Notes under the pieces: generated by a model | What the model was told of the DNA's origin: nothing | Seen by the model: only the letters and a program-made list of their open reading frames with translations | Databases searched by the model: none | Program-made: the position numbers and the translations under genes | NCBI GenBank assembly: GCA_001782675.1 | Contig: MFPJ01000035.1 | Span: 1 to 62,196 of the forward strand | DNA length: 62,196 bases | Reading direction: 5' to 3' | Source of the DNA: Candidatus Levybacteria bacterium RIFCSPLOWO2_12_FULL_39_17 | GTDB lineage: Bacteria > Patescibacteriota > Microgenomatia > Levybacterales > GWA1-39-11 | Shown: one piece after another, positions 29,828-38,790 of the stretch | How the letters are laid out: every line of letters starts with the position of its first letter | Position numbering within the stretch: position 1 is the first letter of the stretch

Positions 29828-32200
29828 ATGCCGTACGGTCGATCCTCTTACAATATTCGTTTAGGTCGTCTTAGAAAAGCAAACAATATCTTACTTCTCA
29901 GTAAGCTTGCAAGATATGCGTTTCTTGGGTTAGTAGGTTTAGTTATATTCTTTTTCCTTTATTTTCTTTGGGTAAGCCGTGATTTGCCCACTCCCGGAAA
30001 GCTATCTAATTCCGATATTAAAGACTCAACAAAAATTCTTGATAAAAACGGGATAGTGCTCTACTCTATTTTTAAGGACTACAACAGACTTTATATTCCG
30101 CTTTCGCAAATCCCTAGAAATTTGAAGGAAGCGACAATCGCAACAGAGGATAAAGATTTCTACACCAATCAGGGCTTTTCTGTTTCGGGTCTATTTCGTG
30201 GCTTGGTGTTTGATCCGATCTTCAACAGAAGAGCCACAGGTGGCTCAACAATTACCCAACAGCTCGTAAAAAACCTTCTTCTAACTTCCGAGAGAAGCAT
30301 CACAAGAAAAATAAAAGAATTGATTCTTGCGGTGCAGGTTGATAAACGATTTTCAAAAGATGAAATTCTTGAGATGTACCTGAACAATGTTTCATATGGA
30401 GGTACGGCAATAGGCGTTGAGGCGGCGTCAAATTTGTATTTCGGGAAGCACGCGAAAGAGTTAAGTCTTGCGCAAAGCGCATTCCTTGCCGGTCTTCCAC
30501 AGGCGCCAACTTATTATTCTCCTTTCTCCGGCAAAGATAAGACTTATATCGAAAGAACAAAACATGTTCTAAAAAGAATGAGGGAAGAAGGGATTATCTC
30601 CAAAAAGCAGGCAGAAGAAGCCGGGCGGGAGATAGAACAATTTAAATTTACGCAAAAACAGGGAAATCTTAAAGCGCCTCACTTTATGCAGTATGTTCGC
30701 GAACAGCTGGTTAAGCTTTATGGAGAATCTATGGTTGAAAATGGAAACCTGACCGTTACCACAACTCTTGATTATGAAATCCAAAAAAATGCCGAAGATA
30801 TTGTTAATTCGGAAGTTGTGAAGCTCGCCGATTTTAAAGTTGGAAATGGATCCGCTATTGTTATGGATCCAAAAAACGGAGCGATTCTCTCTATGGTTGG
30901 AAGCCGTGACTATTTTGACATGGATCGGGAAGGAAATTTCAATGCGGCAGTTGCGCTTAGACAGCCCGGATCTTCGCTTAAGCCAATAATGTACGCAACG
31001 GCATTTGAAAAAGGATATTCCCCCTCTACTCTTGTTATGGATTTACGGACGGAATTTCCCACGAATGTCCCCGGCCAACCTGATTATAAACCTGAAAATT
31101 ATGACGGGAAATATAGAGGTCCGATGCAAATAAGGTTTGCTTTGGGTAATTCAATTAATGTGCCTGCGGTAAAAATGCTTGCTCGGGTTGGAATTAAGCC
31201 TGTTATGCAAAAGGCATATGAGATGGGAATAGACAACTGGAAGCCAACGAGCAAGAATCTTGAAAACGTTGGTCTTTCGCTTGTGTTGGGTGGACGCGAG
31301 GCAAGTCTTCTTCAAATTACAACAGTCTACTCTTCTTTTGCCGCGCAAGGAGTAAAAAGAGAGCCCTTCGCAATAGCAGAAGTTAAAGACGGAAAAGGGA
31401 AAATAATTTATAAACATAAGGAGTCTCAAGGCGAAAAAGTTTTGTCTCCTGAAGTAGCCTTTATTATTTCCCATATACTTCTTGATGACAACGCCAGGTC
31501 TGAGGTTTTTGGAAGGTATTCTCTATTAAATATTCCGGGAAAAACAGTGGCGGTTAAGACGGGTACAACAGACAATAAAAGAGATAATTGGGCAGTAGGA
31601 TATACGCCTTCCTATGTTGTTGGGGCATGGGTTGGAAACAATGATAATACTCAAATGAACCCAAGAATAGCCTCAGGTGTGACAGGGGCAACGCCAATCT
31701 GGAATAAAATAATGCAGGTTGTTTTGAAAGGCAAAAAAGATGAACAGTTTTCAAAACCTGACGGGGTTGTTGCGATTGAAATTGACTCTTTTTCTGGAGG
31801 TTTGCCTCGTGATGGACAGGTAAAAAGAACCGAGTATTTCATGAAAGGGACAGAGCCAACCACAAATTCGATTATCTACAAAAAGGTTAAGATTTCAAAG
31901 CATCAAGATGGAAAATTAGCAAATGAAGAGGAGATTGAGAGGGGCGATTATGATGTTAAGGAATTCGTTGTTTTTGAAGAGTCGGATCCTGTTTCTCGGG
32001 ATGGAAAGAACCGATGGCAGGAAGCCATTAACGCGTGGTTAAATGAAGCACACAGGGATGATTCAGCCTATCGCCTCCCAACAGAGCTGTCGGATTATGA
32101 GTATGATTCAGAAGAAAACAAAACCCCCACTTCAACTCCTGCCCCTACAGGAGCAGCACCAACTCCGACACCAACTTTTTCCCCAACTCCCTCACTTTAA
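29828..32200 (+). CDS. class A penicillin-binding protein (GT51 transglycosylase + transpeptidase)
   Basis: 790 aa. GT51 motifs ATEDKDFYTNQGF and GGSTITQQLVKN; transpeptidase motifs SSLKP and KTGTT. Pro/Thr-rich tail. Confidence 0.92.
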   Translation: MPYGRSSYNIRLGRLRKANNILLLSKLARYAFLGLVGLVIFFFLYFLWVSRDLPTPGKLSNSDIKDSTKILDKNGIVLYSIFKDYNRLYIPLSQIPRNLKEATIATEDKDFYTNQGFSVSGLFRGLVFDPIFNRRATGGSTITQQLVKNLLLTSERSITRKIKELILAVQVDKRFSKDEILEMYLNNVSYGGTAIGVEAASNLYFGKHAKELSLAQSAFLAGLPQAPTYYSPFSGKDKTYIERTKHVLKRMREEGIISKKQAEEAGREIEQFKFTQKQGNLKAPHFMQYVREQLVKLYGESMVENGNLTVTTTLDYEIQKNAEDIVNSEVVKLADFKVGNGSAIVMDPKNGAILSMVGSRDYFDMDREGNFNAAVALRQPGSSLKPIMYATAFEKGYSPSTLVMDLRTEFPTNVPGQPDYKPENYDGKYRGPMQIRFALGNSINVPAVKMLARVGIKPVMQKAYEMGIDNWKPTSKNLENVGLSLVLGGREASLLQITTVYSSFAAQGVKREPFAIAEVKDGKGKIIYKHKESQGEKVLSPEVAFIISHILLDDNARSEVFGRYSLLNIPGKTVAVKTGTTDNKRDNWAVGYTPSYVVGAWVGNNDNTQMNPRIASGVTGATPIWNKIMQVVLKGKKDEQFSKPDGVVAIEIDSFSGGLPRDGQVKRTEYFMKGTEPTTNSIIYKKVKISKHQDGKLANEEEIERGDYDVKEFVVFEESDPVSRDGKNRWQEAINAWLNEAHRDDSAYRLPTELSDYEYDSEENKTPTSTPAPTGAAPTPTPTFSPTPSL

Positions 32201-32266
32201 GTAATTGACGGTTTCTCCAATCTAATACAAAAAAATAAAAAATACACCTTTTCAAAAAATACAAAA

Positions 32267-32300
32267 TACACCTTCGGGGTGTCTTCCGATTGCACCTGAG
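32267..32300 (+). repeat. REP-like repeat, copy 3 (5' arm missing)
   Basis: Sequence acaccttcggggtgtcttccgattgcacctgag, 10 nt beyond the stop codon of the HUH transposase gene. Confidence 0.8.
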
Positions 32301-32309
32301 TATTTTTGA

Positions 32310-32966
32310 TCATACCCACTCGCTTTCGAAGTCGAGCAGGAGGTGTTTTACTCGATCGAGTTTTTTTGCATAATCAATATGGTCTAAAACAAATTGCTTA
32401 TAATCACCCTTTGTTTTGAACTGATCAAGAATTATATCTTTTTCACAAACACCATCTCTTGCAGAATCAATATATTCAGAATAGGATGACCATCTGTATG
32501 TCTCAAGATTTTTTGTTACGAAACCGATTAATGGATTGAGATGGATATAACGCCCAAGGTGAAGTAGTTGTTCGTTTGATTCAATATGTACAGCTTTAAA
32601 ATCTCCTTGCAAAAGCGGACCTACACGGTTATTTTTGATATTGAAATATTTAGTATAGCTGTTACTTATCCTGCTAATAAATTCTGAAGTTCCACCATCT
32701 CTTATCTGTTTCAGTAAGAAATGAAAGTGATTTGGCATAAAACAATAGGAAATTATATCAACGATCTTTTTAGTTGAATCTAATTCATAAGTTTCTGGTG
32801 TAAATATTGAGAATCGCGGTTTCTGACCATCAATTTGATAATAAAGGACACATTTGAGAAATCTATTATAATCATAGGAATTATTAAAAATTCTCATCTT
32901 CGCAACGCCACGGTTGAATATGTGGTAGTATTCTCCGGCTGCAAGAGGTACTTTTCTTGATGCCAT
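32310..32966 (-). CDS. IS200/IS605-type Y1 HUH transposase, REP-associated (RAYT-like)
   Basis: 218 aa. HUH motif in CFMPNHFHFLLKQ and a catalytic-Tyr helix GRYIHLNPL. No IS ends or tnpB, but repeat copies lie on both flanks. Confidence 0.8.
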   Translation of the reverse strand: MASRKVPLAAGEYYHIFNRGVAKMRIFNNSYDYNRFLKCVLYYQIDGQKPRFSIFTPETYELDSTKKIVDIISYCFMPNHFHFLLKQIRDGGTSEFISRISNSYTKYFNIKNNRVGPLLQGDFKAVHIESNEQLLHLGRYIHLNPLIGFVTKNLETYRWSSYSEYIDSARDGVCEKDIILDQFKTKGDYKQFVLDHIDYAKKLDRVKHLLLDFESEWV

Positions 32967-32991
32967 ATACTAAATAAAGCAAATATTGCGT

Positions 32992-33040
32992 CAGGTGTCA
33001 ACGGTAAACACCTTCGGGGTGTCTTACGATTGCACCTTCG
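32992..33040 (+). repeat. REP-like double-hairpin repeat, copy 4
   Basis: Sequence caggtgtcaacggtaaacaccttcggggtgtcttacgattgcaccttcgg, 25 nt upstream of the HUH transposase ATG. Confidence 0.8.
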
Positions 33041-33129
33041 GATTTTGGACAGGATTAGATGTTGAATTCGGTGTAGTGACAAACGCCAGAGTGTCTGTAT
33101 GCTACAATAATTGAATAAAAGAACAGAAA

Positions 33130-33870
33130 GTGCAAATAAAAAATAAAGCCAAAGAAACTCTAATTGGAGTAGAAACCTTACCCAGCGAATACAAAGATAA
33201 ACTTCCTGCTGTTGTTTTAGTTCATGGATTCGCATATCAGAAAGAAGAAGATGGAATGTTTGTTGAACTTGCGAAACGCTTGACAGAGATTGGCGTTATA
33301 TCTTATCGCTTTGATTTCTCGGGATGTGGAGAAAGCGAAGGGGATTACGTAGATACGACATTGAGTAAACTTCGAGATGACTTAGAATCAATACTTGAGT
33401 TCGTAAAAACAAGATCAAATGTAGACCCAAACCGCATAGGAATAATCGGTCAGTCATTTGGTACTACTACGACAATTGCTCTTGCTCCCGAAATAAACTC
33501 TCTTGTTTTAATGGGAACAGTTCTTAATGCCAAGGAAATTCTCGTGAATCTTTTCGGTGATGGATATAACCCTAATGGAATTTCTACCAGAATAAGGTCT
33601 GATGCTAGTACTGTGCGAATAGGACCTGAATTTTGGAAAGATTTTGGAAATCATAATTTACCCTCTTTGGTAAAGCAAATAAAATGCCCGATTCTTCTTA
33701 TTCATGGGTCAGAAGATGATCATGTTCCGCTTTCTGAAATGGAAGAAACCCATAGCATTGCCAATGAGCCAAAAGAAAAGATTATTCTAGAGGGAGCGGA
33801 TCATAGACTCGATCCCAAACGAGAAGAAATGTACAAAATTGTTATTGATTGGTTTAAGAAAACTCTTTGA
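33130..33870 (+). CDS. alpha/beta hydrolase
   Basis: 246 aa. HGF oxyanion region (VVLVHGFAY), nucleophile elbow GQSFG, and C-terminal LIHGSEDDHVP ... GADHRL. Confidence 0.8.
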   Translation: MQIKNKAKETLIGVETLPSEYKDKLPAVVLVHGFAYQKEEDGMFVELAKRLTEIGVISYRFDFSGCGESEGDYVDTTLSKLRDDLESILEFVKTRSNVDPNRIGIIGQSFGTTTTIALAPEINSLVLMGTVLNAKEILVNLFGDGYNPNGISTRIRSDASTVRIGPEFWKDFGNHNLPSLVKQIKCPILLIHGSEDDHVPLSEMEETHSIANEPKEKIILEGADHRLDPKREEMYKIVIDWFKKTL

Positions 33871-33873
33871 CTA

Positions 33874-35757
33874 TTATATTTGCGTTGCTTTAAAATTAGC
33901 CTTCATTGCTTTAATAATTTTCTCTCGAATCGGCGAAATATCCTCATTCGTCAAGTTTCTTTCCCGGCTTAAATAGGTGATTCGGAATGTTTTCTTATTT
34001 CGATACTCATCCAGTAGTTCTACTTTGTTGACAAGTTTGCTTTGTGCTGCAATTACATTAACTATTGCTCCATATTTTATTTTGGGATTTATTTCAATAC
34101 TTAGGTCCTCAATGATGGGTGGATATTTTGGAATAGATAAATATTTTTTACGCGGGGACAATTTTTCTAGAACCTCAGATAAATTAACTTCAAACAAGAC
34201 CCCCTCTTCTGTTGCTTCAATGTTTTTGCTTGGATCTTGCTTAACTCCAAGTTCCTCAAGTAGATTTTCAAGTACTCCCTTTATCTCAACAAAGCTTTTG
34301 GAATTAGAAATGCCTGAAAGAAAATACGCTTCTTTTGCTTTGTCCAGATCTTCTCCAAGATAAACTTTTCCAAGTTCAAATAAATTTATTTCTTCAAAAT
34401 TCGGTTTGTTTTGCAACAGTCCATTCCTCAACCCAATTTTTAAAGTTGGTCTGAGATATTCAAATTCAATACTGACAGGATTATCAACCCGAAGCGTTTT
34501 TTCAGGATTAATATCCAATGCTAGCAAAGCTTTTTCGCTTACAAGACTATATGAATATATTTCCGAAAAACCGCTTGCTTTTAAAAGATTCTTTACTTTT
34601 TCCTCCAAACGGTAGTCTTTAAAATAAGGGATTGTTTTTGTGGGAATTTCTCCGCCGGGTATGATTTTGGGAAACTTGTTGTAACCATAAAGCCTTGCTA
34701 TTTCTTCAATCAAATCTTCTTCAATTTTTAAATCGTTGCGATAAGTTGGAATCGTACACTCGATTTCGTCTTTGCGCGCAATTGGTTTCAAATTTAAGCT
34801 TTCCAAAATGGAAACGGCTTTTTGTTTTGGGATTTCAATCCCAAGAATTTTACCCAGGCGGTTAGTCTGAACAGACAATTTCCACGGTTCAAATTCTTCC
34901 TTTTTAATATCGTACAATTGGCTCGCAATTTCGCCTCCTGCTATTTGGAGCACTAAATCCACGCATCTTTGAAGAGCGTCGATTGTTCCCCCCGCGTTTA
35001 CCCCTCGCTCAAATATAGCCGAGGCTTCAGATCGGAGGCCCAAGGCTTGAGAAGATCTACGAATTAGATTTGGAACTTCAACAGGGACTCTAATAAAAAT
35101 TGTTTTTGTTTCTTCAAATGTTCCGCTGTTTTCTCCCCCCTTTATTCCACAAAGGTCTATTAAATTTTGGCTGTCTGAGATGACCACTGCGTTTTTCGGC
35201 AAATGATAAGAAACGCCATCGACGCTTTTAAATTCTTCTCCACCTTTTGTTTGATGAACTTTTAAAACATGACCCTCGATTTTGTCGTAATCAAAAGCAT
35301 GAAGAGGATTTCCCAATTCAAACATTACATAATTTGTAATATCGACGATATTATTAATTGGTCTTTGGCCGATTTTAATAAGCCTTTCGGCAAGCCATTG
35401 CGGCGATTCTTTTACTTTTATTCCGTCAATGATCATTCCTGTAAATCTTGGGTTTATTGTGTGATCGGTTTGAATTTTAAGAGGAAGAACTTTTTTCGGC
35501 TTAACATTTTTAATATCAACTATTGCTTTTGGATATTTTATTTTTTTGCCTTCCATTGCCGCTACTTCCCTGGCAACTCCGATAATCGATAAGAGATCGG
35601 GTCTGTTAGGAGTTATTTCCAGTTCAAAAATAATATCATCTTTATCTTTTGTAATTTTTTCCGTTCCAAGACCCACCTCCGTAAGCCTATCCCCGAGCTT
35701 GTTAGACTCAAGGGTTACATCAATATATTCTTTTAACCAGGATAAAGGCGCTAGCAT
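33874..35757 (-). CDS. pheT: phenylalanine--tRNA ligase beta subunit (short form)
   Basis: 627 aa. Starts MLAPLSWLKEYIDV, followed by ITPNRPDLLSIIGVAREVAA (B3/4) and B5 domains. The N-terminal OB tRNA-binding insert appears absent. Confidence 0.9.
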   Translation of the reverse strand: MLAPLSWLKEYIDVTLESNKLGDRLTEVGLGTEKITKDKDDIIFELEITPNRPDLLSIIGVAREVAAMEGKKIKYPKAIVDIKNVKPKKVLPLKIQTDHTINPRFTGMIIDGIKVKESPQWLAERLIKIGQRPINNIVDITNYVMFELGNPLHAFDYDKIEGHVLKVHQTKGGEEFKSVDGVSYHLPKNAVVISDSQNLIDLCGIKGGENSGTFEETKTIFIRVPVEVPNLIRRSSQALGLRSEASAIFERGVNAGGTIDALQRCVDLVLQIAGGEIASQLYDIKKEEFEPWKLSVQTNRLGKILGIEIPKQKAVSILESLNLKPIARKDEIECTIPTYRNDLKIEEDLIEEIARLYGYNKFPKIIPGGEIPTKTIPYFKDYRLEEKVKNLLKASGFSEIYSYSLVSEKALLALDINPEKTLRVDNPVSIEFEYLRPTLKIGLRNGLLQNKPNFEEINLFELGKVYLGEDLDKAKEAYFLSGISNSKSFVEIKGVLENLLEELGVKQDPSKNIEATEEGVLFEVNLSEVLEKLSPRKKYLSIPKYPPIIEDLSIEINPKIKYGAIVNVIAAQSKLVNKVELLDEYRNKKTFRITYLSRERNLTNEDISPIREKIIKAMKANFKATQI

Positions 35758-35761
35758 ATAG

Positions 35762-35796
35762 TTAATTTTTAATTTTTAATTTAAAATTTTTAATCA
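35762..35796. repeat. TTAATTT heptamer array (pheS-pheT spacer)
   Basis: Units ttaattt x3, aaaattt, ttaatca. Confidence 0.7.
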
Positions 35797-35820
35797 AGTC
35801 TAATTAAATCAAAATTCACT

Positions 35821-36861
35821 TTAAAATTGTTCAAGTATTCGTAAATCGGGATTTGTTAAAAGCCGCAAGTCATCCATCTGATATTTTAATATCACGAGTC
35901 TTGATAATCCTGTGCCAAAAGCAAATCCCTGCCATTCTGCCGGATCAATACCGACATTCCTTAAAACATTGGGATGAATCATTCCTCCCCCCAATACCTC
36001 TACCCATCCGGATTGTTTACAAAAGCTGCATCCTTTACCTTTGCAAACAACACAACTTACATACCCCTCAAGACTCGGTTCGGTGAAGGGAAAATTATGT
36101 GAGGTAAATTTTATTTTTGTCTCCTCTCCGAAAAACTTTCTGACAAAATAATCAAGTGTTCCCATGAGATTGGTAAAAGTAATATTTTTATCAACCGCAT
36201 ATCCCTCAAATTGCCAAAATTCGAATCCGTGAGAGGCATCGGTTTGTTCATATCTAAAAACTTTTCCCGGAACGATTACTCTAAAGGGAGGTTTTATTTT
36301 TTCCATTATGCGTCCCTGCATTGTGGATGTATGGGTTCGCAGGATTGTCTCCCCGGAAGTCGCCTTGCTTTTTCTCGTATCAAGAAAAAGAGTTTGCTGC
36401 GTATCGCGCGCGGGATGATCTTTCGGAAAATTTAGAATCTCAAAATTGTAACGGTCTGTCTCGATTTCCGGTCCGTCTGCCGCCTGGAATCCAAGACCCT
36501 TGAATACATCAATTACATCAAAAAGCACCTGAGACATTGGATGCAGATGGCCAAGAGAAGGCTTGACGCCAGGGATCGTTATATCCTCAACTGCCCTTTT
36601 AATCTTCTCTTTTTTTTCTCCTCTAAGTTCCTCTCCTCGTGTCGCAAGTAAGTCCTCAACCGTTGAGATTATCTCATTTGCCAACCTTCCAATTTCGGGC
36701 TTTCTTTCCTCCGGCAAATCTTTCATGCGCTTAAGCAATTGAGTCAGCTTCCCATTGCGCCCTAAAAAATCCAACTTGATTTCATTGAGCTCTTTCTCAT
36801 CTTCGGCAGCAATAATGAGCGAGCTTGCGTCATTTTTTACCTTCAATAACTCATGCTCCAT
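35821..36861 (-). CDS. pheS: phenylalanine--tRNA ligase alpha subunit
   Basis: 346 aa. Class II motifs: HPARDTQQTLF, ILRTHTS, and GFAFGTGLSRLV. Confidence 0.95.
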   Translation of the reverse strand: MEHELLKVKNDASSLIIAAEDEKELNEIKLDFLGRNGKLTQLLKRMKDLPEERKPEIGRLANEIISTVEDLLATRGEELRGEKKEKIKRAVEDITIPGVKPSLGHLHPMSQVLFDVIDVFKGLGFQAADGPEIETDRYNFEILNFPKDHPARDTQQTLFLDTRKSKATSGETILRTHTSTMQGRIMEKIKPPFRVIVPGKVFRYEQTDASHGFEFWQFEGYAVDKNITFTNLMGTLDYFVRKFFGEETKIKFTSHNFPFTEPSLEGYVSCVVCKGKGCSFCKQSGWVEVLGGGMIHPNVLRNVGIDPAEWQGFAFGTGLSRLVILKYQMDDLRLLTNPDLRILEQF

Positions 36862-36888
36862 AAACTTTTAATAGGATAGCATATTTTA

Positions 36889-37236
36889 CTACCATGCCCT
36901 AGCTTTATAACGGTGGGCTAAAGTACTTTGTCTTGGTTTTACAGGTTTTTTGACAATCGATGGGTCATGTAATTTAACTGTTAGTTCTTCTCCGCCTTTC
37001 AATTCCTGAGAACCTTTTCCTTTTCTATTTAGTTGAATTCTTCGAATTCCATTTTCCGTGCTAGAGCTAACTCTACCTTTTAGACCATTTCCTGAAAGGA
37101 CTATTTCATTTTTTTGATTGGTTGGATGAAACAAGCTCATATCAACTTTTATATCTCCCATTTGAGTAGGATACGTGCCTGTTTTATCAGGTAAATCAGC
37201 GATTAATTTTTCATTTATTATTATTTCTGGTGACAT
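36889..37236 (-). CDS. hypothetical protein
   Basis: 115-aa ORF preceded by a strong SD (AAGGAGGTG, 6 nt before the ATG). No family recognised. Confidence 0.45.
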   Translation of the reverse strand: MSPEIIINEKLIADLPDKTGTYPTQMGDIKVDMSLFHPTNQKNEIVLSGNGLKGRVSSSTENGIRRIQLNRKGKGSQELKGGEELTVKLHDPSIVKKPVKPRQSTLAHRYKARAW

Positions 37237-37261
37237 AATTTACACCTCCTTCCATTTTTAA

Positions 37262-37292
37262 ACACAAAAAAACCTCCCTTTTGAGGAGGTAA
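37262..37292 (-). terminator. Rho-independent terminator after rplT
   Basis: Minus strand reads ACCTCC-tcaaaag-GGAGGT followed by TTTTTTT. Confidence 0.6.
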
Positions 37293-37441
37293 TTTTGAAT
37301 GCATTTGTATCTTTAACTACATTAACTACCTCCCATTAGGAAGCGAAGGTAAAGTAGAAAAAGAAATCTAATGCTTTCATAGAGATTTAATGATTTTATA
37401 ATTAAAAATTAATGCTGTCAATAATTAATTTGGCTTTAGTA

Positions 37442-37789
37442 TTAGTTCTTTGCTTCCTCGACTATTTTTTTAAATGTTTGGGGGTCGTTTAGGACTAAAT
37501 CGCTTAAAATTTTCCTGTCAAGTCTAATATTTTTCTTAATAAGCGAAGCGATAAGTTTGCTATAGGAAATACCTTCCTGTCTCACTGCTTCGCTAATTCT
37601 TGTAATCCAAAGCCGCCTGAAATCGCGTTTTTTTCTCTTTCTTCCATGGAAAGCGTATTCGCCTGCATGAAGAGCTGCTTCACGGGCAACTTTCACGAGT
37701 CTGCTTCTTGTACCTCTGTATCCTCTTGTCAAAGACAGTAACTTATTGTGTTTTTTGTGGGAAACTACTCCCCTTTTTACTCTAGTCAT
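37442..37789 (-). CDS. rplT: 50S ribosomal protein L20
   Basis: MTRVKRGVVSHKKHNKLLSLTRGYRG is the canonical L20 N-terminus. Confidence 0.95.
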   Translation of the reverse strand: MTRVKRGVVSHKKHNKLLSLTRGYRGTRSRLVKVAREAALHAGEYAFHGRKRKKRDFRRLWITRISEAVRQEGISYSKLIASLIKKNIRLDRKILSDLVLNDPQTFKKIVEEAKN

Positions 37790-37950
37790 ATGTTTTATTT
37801 ATTTTTCTAAAAGGGTTTATATTTCGAAACACCCTTTTAATTTTCTGATTATAATTTTTATAAGAATTGTTTGCTGAACGCTCAGATTTTGAATGTTTAA
37901 AATTAAGACTAATCCTCTTATAAAACCTCTTAAGCATAGTTCTTAAGCAA

Positions 37951-38148
37951 TTACCCTTGACCAAGCAATTTCTTGATTTTTATCGCAAAAGTCCCGGTTA
38001 ATTGTCCCGGAATTGCCTTTCGCCTTAAATTGCTGCCGGATTTTTTACGCCTTAAATGTCCGGCCATTTGATGTTTATATAGAACTTTGCCGGTTTTTGT
38101 AACCTTAAATCTCTTTGAAACAGACTTTTTTATTTTTAATTTTGACAT
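37951..38148 (-). CDS. rpmI: 50S ribosomal protein L35
   Basis: 65 aa. MSKLKIKKSVSKRFKVTKTGKVL ... H is L35-like. Sits in the conserved infC-rpmI-rplT order. Confidence 0.9.
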   Translation of the reverse strand: MSKLKIKKSVSKRFKVTKTGKVLYKHQMAGHLRRKKSGSNLRRKAIPGQLTGTFAIKIKKLLGQG

Positions 38149-38160
38149 ATTAATTCTAGT

Positions 38161-38202
38161 TAAAAATTAAAAATTAAAAGTTAAAAATTACAATTTAAAA
38201 TT
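38161..38202. repeat. TAAAAAT heptamer array (infC-rpmI spacer)
   Basis: Units taaaaat taaaaat taaaagt taaaaat tacaatt taaaatt. The 7-nt periodicity continues weakly to about 38256. Confidence 0.7.
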
Positions 38203-38256
38203 CAAAGTACTTAAAATTTAAACTGCAACTTTTAACTCCTCACTTTAAACTTTTAA

Positions 38257-38790
38257 CTACTTAAGTTTGCTCATTACCATTACAAGTTGGCGTCCCTCCA
38301 TGTGCATTTCTTTCTCAATTTTCGCGATGTCCTCCATCTTTTGAATTACCGATTGAAGCAGTATTCTTCCTAAATCCTGCTTGCCCATTTCCCGTCCCCT
38401 AAACTTCACCACAAATCTGACTTTATCCCCTTCTCCTATGAATTCTCGTGCCCGTGCCAGTTTTATATTCAAATCATGCTCGTCTATAAAAGGCCCAAAC
38501 TGGATTTGTTTAGTTTCGGAAGCAAGAGCGTGCTTTTTTTCCTCCTGTTTTTTCTTCTTTAATTGGTACAAAAACTTATTGTAGTCAATTAATTTTACAA
38601 CGGGAGGTTTTGCAAGCGGCGCTACCTCAACAAGATCCAAGCCTCTTTCATCTGACAGCTTAAATGCTTCATCGCGGGAAACGACACCGATTTGTTTCCC
38701 GCTATCTTCAAGAAGACGGACAGTTGGCGAAGTTATCTGCCGGTTTATCCGGTAAGACGCTTCTCTTTTAAATTTATTTCTTTTTCTCAA
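38257..38790 (-). CDS. infC: translation initiation factor IF-3
   Basis: 177 aa. INRQITSPTVRLLEDSGKQIGVVSRDEA and LDLVEVAP are IF-3-like. The track start is TTG and overlaps the thrS end. Confidence 0.9.
   Translation of the reverse strand: MRKRNKFKREASYRINRQITSPTVRLLEDSGKQIGVVSRDEAFKLSDERGLDLVEVAPLAKPPVVKLIDYNKFLYQLKKKKQEEKKHALASETKQIQFGPFIDEHDLNIKLARAREFIGEGDKVRFVVKFRGREMGKQDLGRILLQSVIQKMEDIAKIEKEMHMEGRQLVMVMSKLK

Noticed and set aside
37782-37964. 60-aa basic ORF between rpmI and rplT
   Set aside because: It overlaps both ribosomal protein genes and has a low-complexity basic composition. The 161-nt spacer is more likely a regulatory leader.
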